64,000 nt of DNA from Nemertoderma westbladi (taxonomy: Eukaryota; Animalia; Xenacoelomorpha), in assembly GCA_032718475.1 (NCBI GenBank), contig JAUCBJ010003333.1, positions 62,001 to 126,000 of the forward strand. The letters are read 5' to 3'. The first letter of the stretch is position 1. Each line of letters opens with the position of its first letter. Below, in pieces: positions 59,148 to 64,000 of the stretch. A model generated the notes under the pieces. That model searched no databases and was not told where the DNA came from. It was given only the letters and a program-made list of their open reading frames with translations. Made by a program: the position numbers and the translations under genes.

Positions 59148-62100
59148 ATGTCGCACAATCTCAGAATTGAGTTAACAGACTCCATCTCTTGTTGCACAAT
59201 TTCCGAATTGAGTTAACAGACTCCGTATCATGTCGCACAATCTCTGGATTGAGTTAACAGACTCCGTCTCATGTCACACAATCTCCGTATTGAGTTAACA
59301 GACTCCGTGTCATGTCGCACAATCTCCGGATTGAGTTAACAGACTCCGTCTCATGTCACACAATCTCCGTATTGAGTTAACAGACTCCATCTCATGCCGC
59401 ACAATCTCCGGATTGAGTTAACAGACTACGTCTCATGTCGCACAATCTCCGGATTGAGTTAACAGACTCCGTCTCATGTCACACAATCTCCGTATTGAGT
59501 TAACAGACTCCGTATCATGTCGCACAATCTCTGGATTGAGTCAACAGACTCCGTCTCATGTCGCACAATCTCTGGAATGAGTTAACAGACACCGTCTCAT
59601 GTCGCACATTCTCTGGATTGAGTTAACAGACTCCTTCTCATGTCGCACAATCTCTGGATTAAGTTAACAGACTCCGTCTCATGTCGCACAATCTCCGGAA
59701 TGAGTTAACAGACTCCTAATCATGTCGCACAATCTCCGGATTGAGTTAACAGACTCCGTATCATGTCACACAATCTACGGATTGAGTTAACAGACTACGT
59801 ATCATGCTGCACAATCTCCGGATTGAGTTAGCAGACTAGGTCTCATGTCGCACAATCTCCGGATTGAGTTAACAGACTCCTTCTCATGTCGCATAATCTC
59901 CGGATTGAGATAACAGACTACGTCTCATGTCGCACAATCTACGGATTGAGTTAACAGACTACGTATCATGCTGCACAATCTCCGGATTGAGTTAGCAGAC
60001 TAGGTCTCATGTCGCACAATCTCCGGATTGAGTTAACAGACTCCTTCTCATGTCGCAAAATCTCCGGATTGAGATAACAGACTACGTCTCATGTCGCACA
60101 ATCTCTGGATTGAGTTAACAGACTACGTCTCATGTCGCACAATCTCCGGATTGAGTTAGCAGACTAGGTCTCATGTCGCACAATCTCCGGATTGAGTTAA
60201 CAGACACCGTCTCATGTCGCACATTCTCTGGATTGAGTTAACAGACTCCTTCTCATGTCGCACAATCTCTGGATTAAGTTAACAGACTCCGTCTCATGTC
60301 GCACAATCTCCGGAATGAGTTAACAGACTCCTAATCATGTCGCACAATCTCTGGATTGTGTTAACAGACTCCGTATCATGTCGCACAATCTCCGGATTGA
60401 GTTAACAGACTCCTTCTCATGTCGCACAATCTCTGGATTGTGTTAACAGACTTCGTATCATGCTGTACAATCTCTGGATTGAGTTAACAGACTACGTCTC
60501 ATGTCGCACAATCTCCGGATTGAGTTAAAAGACTCCGTATCATGTCGCACAATCTCCGGATTGAGTGAACAGACTCCGTCTCATATCGCACAATCGCCGA
60601 ATTGAGTTAATAGACTCCGTATCATGCTGCACAATCTCCGGATTGAGTTAACAGACTACGTCTCATGTCGCACAATCTCCGGATTGAGTTAACAGACTGC
60701 GTCTCATGTCGCACAATCTCCCGATTGAGTTAACAGACTACGTCTCATGTAGCACAATCTCCGAATTGAGTTAACAGACTACGTCTCATGTCGCACAATC
60801 TCCGGATTGAGTTAAAAGACTCCGTCTCATATCGCACAATCGCCGAATTGAGTTAATAGACTCCGTATCATGCTGCACAATCTCCGGATTGAGTTAACAG
60901 ACTACGTCTCATGTCGCACAATCTCCGGATTGAGTTAACAGACTGCGTCTCATGTCGCACAATCTCCCGATTGAGTTAACAGACTACGTCTCATGTAGCA
61001 CAATCTCCGAATTGAGTTAACAGACTACGTCTCATGTCGCACAATCTCCGGAATGAGTTAACAGACTCCTAATCATGTCGCACAATCTCTGGATTGTGTT
61101 AACAGACTCCGTATCATGTCGCACAATCTCCGGATTGAGTTAACAGACTCCTTCTCATGTCGCACAATCTCTGGATTGTGTTAACAGACTTCGTATCATG
61201 CTGTACAATCTCTGGATTGAGTTAACAGACTACGTCTCATGTCGCACAATCTCCGGATTGAGTTAAAAGACTCCGTATCATGTCGCACAATCTCCGGATT
61301 GAGTGAACAGACTCCGTCTCATATCGCACAATCGCCGAATTGAGTTAATAGACTCCGTATCATGCTGCACAATCTCCGGATTGAGTTAACAGACTACGTC
61401 TCATGTCGCACAATCTCCGGATTGAGTTAACAGACTGCGTCTCATGTCGCACAATCTCCCGATTGAGTTAACAGACTACGTCTCATGTAGCACAATCTCC
61501 GAATTGAGTTAACAGACTACGTCTCATGTCGCACAATCTACGGATTGAGTTAACAGACTTCGTCTCATGTCGCACAATCTCCGGATTGAGTTAACAGACT
61601 CCTTCTCATGTCGCAAAATCTCCGGATTGAGATAACAGACTACGTCTCATGTCGCACAATCTCTGGATTGAGTTAACAGACTACGTCTCATGTCGCACAA
61701 TCTCCGGATTGAGTTAACAGACTCCTTCTCATGTCGCACAATCTCCGGATTGAGTTAACAGACTCCGTATCATGTCGCACAATCTCCGGATTGAGTTAAC
61801 CGACTCCGTATCATGCTGCACAATCCTCGGATTGAGTTAACAGACTCCGTATCATGTCGCACAATCTCCAGATTAAGTTAACAGACTCCTTCTCATGTCG
61901 CACAATCTCTGGATTGTGTTAACAGACTCCGTATCATGTCGCACAATCTCCGGATTGAGTTAACAGACTCCTTCTCATGTCGCACAATCTCTGGATTGTG
62001 TTAACAGACTTCGTATCATGCTGTACAATCTCTGGATTGAGTTAACAGACTACGTCTCATGTCGCACAATCTCCGGATTGAGTTAAAAGACTCCGTATCA

Positions 62101-63072
62101 TGTCGCACAATCTCCGGATTGAGTGAACAGACTCCGTCTCATATCGCACAATCGCCGAATTGAGTTAATAGACTCCGTATCATGCTGCACAATCTCCGGA
62201 TTGAGTTAACAGACTACGTCTCATGTCGCACAATCTCCGGATTGAGTTAACAGACTGCGTCTCATGTCGCACAATCTCCCGATTGAGTTAACAGACTACG
62301 TCTCATGTAGCACAATCTCCGAATTGAGTTAACAGACTACGTCTCATGTCGCACAATCTCCGGCTTGAGTTAACAGACTACGTCTCATGTCGCACAATCT
62401 CCGGATTGAGTTAACAGACTACGTCTCATGTCGCACAATCTCCGGATTGAGTTAACAGACTACGTCTCATGTCGCACAATCTCCGGATTGAGTTAACAGA
62501 CTACGTCTCATGTCGCACAATCTCCGGATTGAGTTAACAGACTACGTCTCATGTCGCACAATCTCCGGATTGAATTAACAGACTACGTCTCATGTCACAC
62601 AATCCCGGATTGAGTTAACAGACTACGTCTCATGTCGCACAATCTCCGGATTGAGTTAACAGACTCCGTATCATGTCGCACAATCTCCGGATTGAATTAA
62701 CAGACTACGTCTCATGTCGTACAATCTCCGGATTGAGTTAACAAACTACGTCTCATGTCGCACAATCTCCGGATTGAGTTAACAGACTCCGTATCATATC
62801 GCACAATCTCCGGATTGAATTAACAGACTACGTCTCATGTCGCACAATCTTCGGATTGAGTTAACAGAATACGTTTCATGTCGCACAATCTCCGAATTGA
62901 GTTAACAGACTCCGTATCATGTCGCACAATCTCCGGATTGAATTAACAGACTACGTCTCATGTCGCACAATCTCCGCAATGAGTTAACAGACTCCGTCTC
63001 ATGTCGCACAATCTCCGGATTCAGTTAACAGACTCCGTCTCATGGCGCACAATCTCCAGATTCAGTTAACAG
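59148..63072. repeat. 41-bp satellite, ~96 copies, intronic
   Basis: Unit GATTGAGTTAACAGACT(C/A)CGTCTCATGTCGCACAATCTCCG, period 41. Confidence 0.97.
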
Positions 63073-63532
63073 TCCCCTGTAACATTGCCCTGAGTCGCTC
63101 AGAAATTACGTAAACTTAGATTTTACATACTTATGTACAGTATATTCTGTGCTACATTAATTAATATTATACCATCTACATTAATCAATAATGTTGGGTA
63201 TTATTATGTATTTGTGTTTATCTGTTATATAAGTTTATGCAACTATTGGACTGTCAGTGCGCTTATTGTATATTGTTAATTATTTAATTATTGTTAAATA
63301 ATATGCATTTCGTCATTAAAACTAATTAAATAACTATTAGAAAGACTGTTGAATGGAAACTCATTTATGTAATGGGTAACTTACACCTTATCCATTAACT
63401 ACGCATTATTCCATAGTATGTTACTGGGATAGATTGTGCGAATTTTATAATTCAGCCCAATGTCTCTCACTTACTTCTATACATTTTTATGTAGGTTATA
63501 CAGTGTGTTACATATTTAGTTTACACACTTAC

Positions 63533-64000
63533 CATCATTGCATAACTCTTGAAGTGCGATTTCCCGTGACTTTTTGTAAAATCCCGATGTTTTTGGAGCC
63601 ATCAATCCGACTTGAATTATGTCGCACCTTTCTGTCCCAGTGAGGTTCGCACATAGTCGACGGATTGTCGATCGGAATATTTCCTGCTCTGCTTTTTGGT
63701 CTTCCGAAAGTTTCTGGTCAGCCAATTCGTAATCAGCAATAAGATTCGCAGGTCCACTGAACTTAATCTTTGATTTAATCCAAAGAATGTTAGTTAGTAG
63801 TTGGTGTCTTTCTTCCCAGAGAGTTGCTTTCGCCATATGATTAGCAAGGAATTCAAACATATATTTGTCTAATGTCTTTGGATCCACTCCAGATTTTAAG
63901 TTAAAAGGTTTATAATTTTCAACTAATTGTCGATGAGTCTCAGTTGTTTCTTTTTGTCTTTCAATAAACTCCATAAGCAGTGGATGTAAAGACCAAAGTT
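63533..64000 (-). CDS. Internal exon of APAF-1-like (NB-ARC/STAND-WD40) gene: winged-helix end and helical domain
   Basis: LHPLL, DKYMFEFLANHMAKA..LLTNILWIKSKIKFSGPANLIADY, IIQVGLMAP. Donor G|GTAAGT at 63533 is phase 1, matching the acceptor at 56567. Runs off the window edge. Confidence 0.8.

Noticed and set aside
59148-63072. CRISPR-like array
   Set aside because: Contiguous 41-bp units with no unique spacers, no cas genes, eukaryotic intron context.

Overview
AT-rich, intron-containing eukaryotic (invertebrate-like) genomic DNA dominated by mobile elements. Host genes: a frameshifted WD40 exon (1813-2686, +) and the last two exons of an APAF-1-like helical-domain/WD40 gene (64000>63533 spliced to 56567>54268, -). 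The APAF-1-like intron holds a ~96-copy 41-bp satellite and an L1/Tx1 fragment. A giant decayed BEL/Pao LTR retrotransposon (3073-25725, -, TSD ATTTA) carries, after gag-pol, a ~1,440-codon extra ORF with a WRN/mut-7-type DEDDy exonuclease and three CCHC knuckles. Nested in its leader are a TTAA (Kolobok-like) element, then a TA Tc1-like MITE, then a ~3.2-mer of a 406-412 bp unit that fuses a tRNA-derived Pol III promoter to a minimal type I hammerhead ribozyme (retrozyme-like, with TSD and an inverted end). A complete Polinton/Maverick (31465-50203, TSD AACATG, ~0.6 kb TIRs) has the usual ATPase, integrase, capsid, protease and pPolB genes. It also has two pentons, a RING protein, a Maelstrom-like nuclease, a PC4-like protein and a TBP-like protein. 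Also present: an RTE fragment with a ~175-bp TSD, several MITEs and tRNA-derived SINEs. All family assignments come from motif recognition by eye, not database searches.
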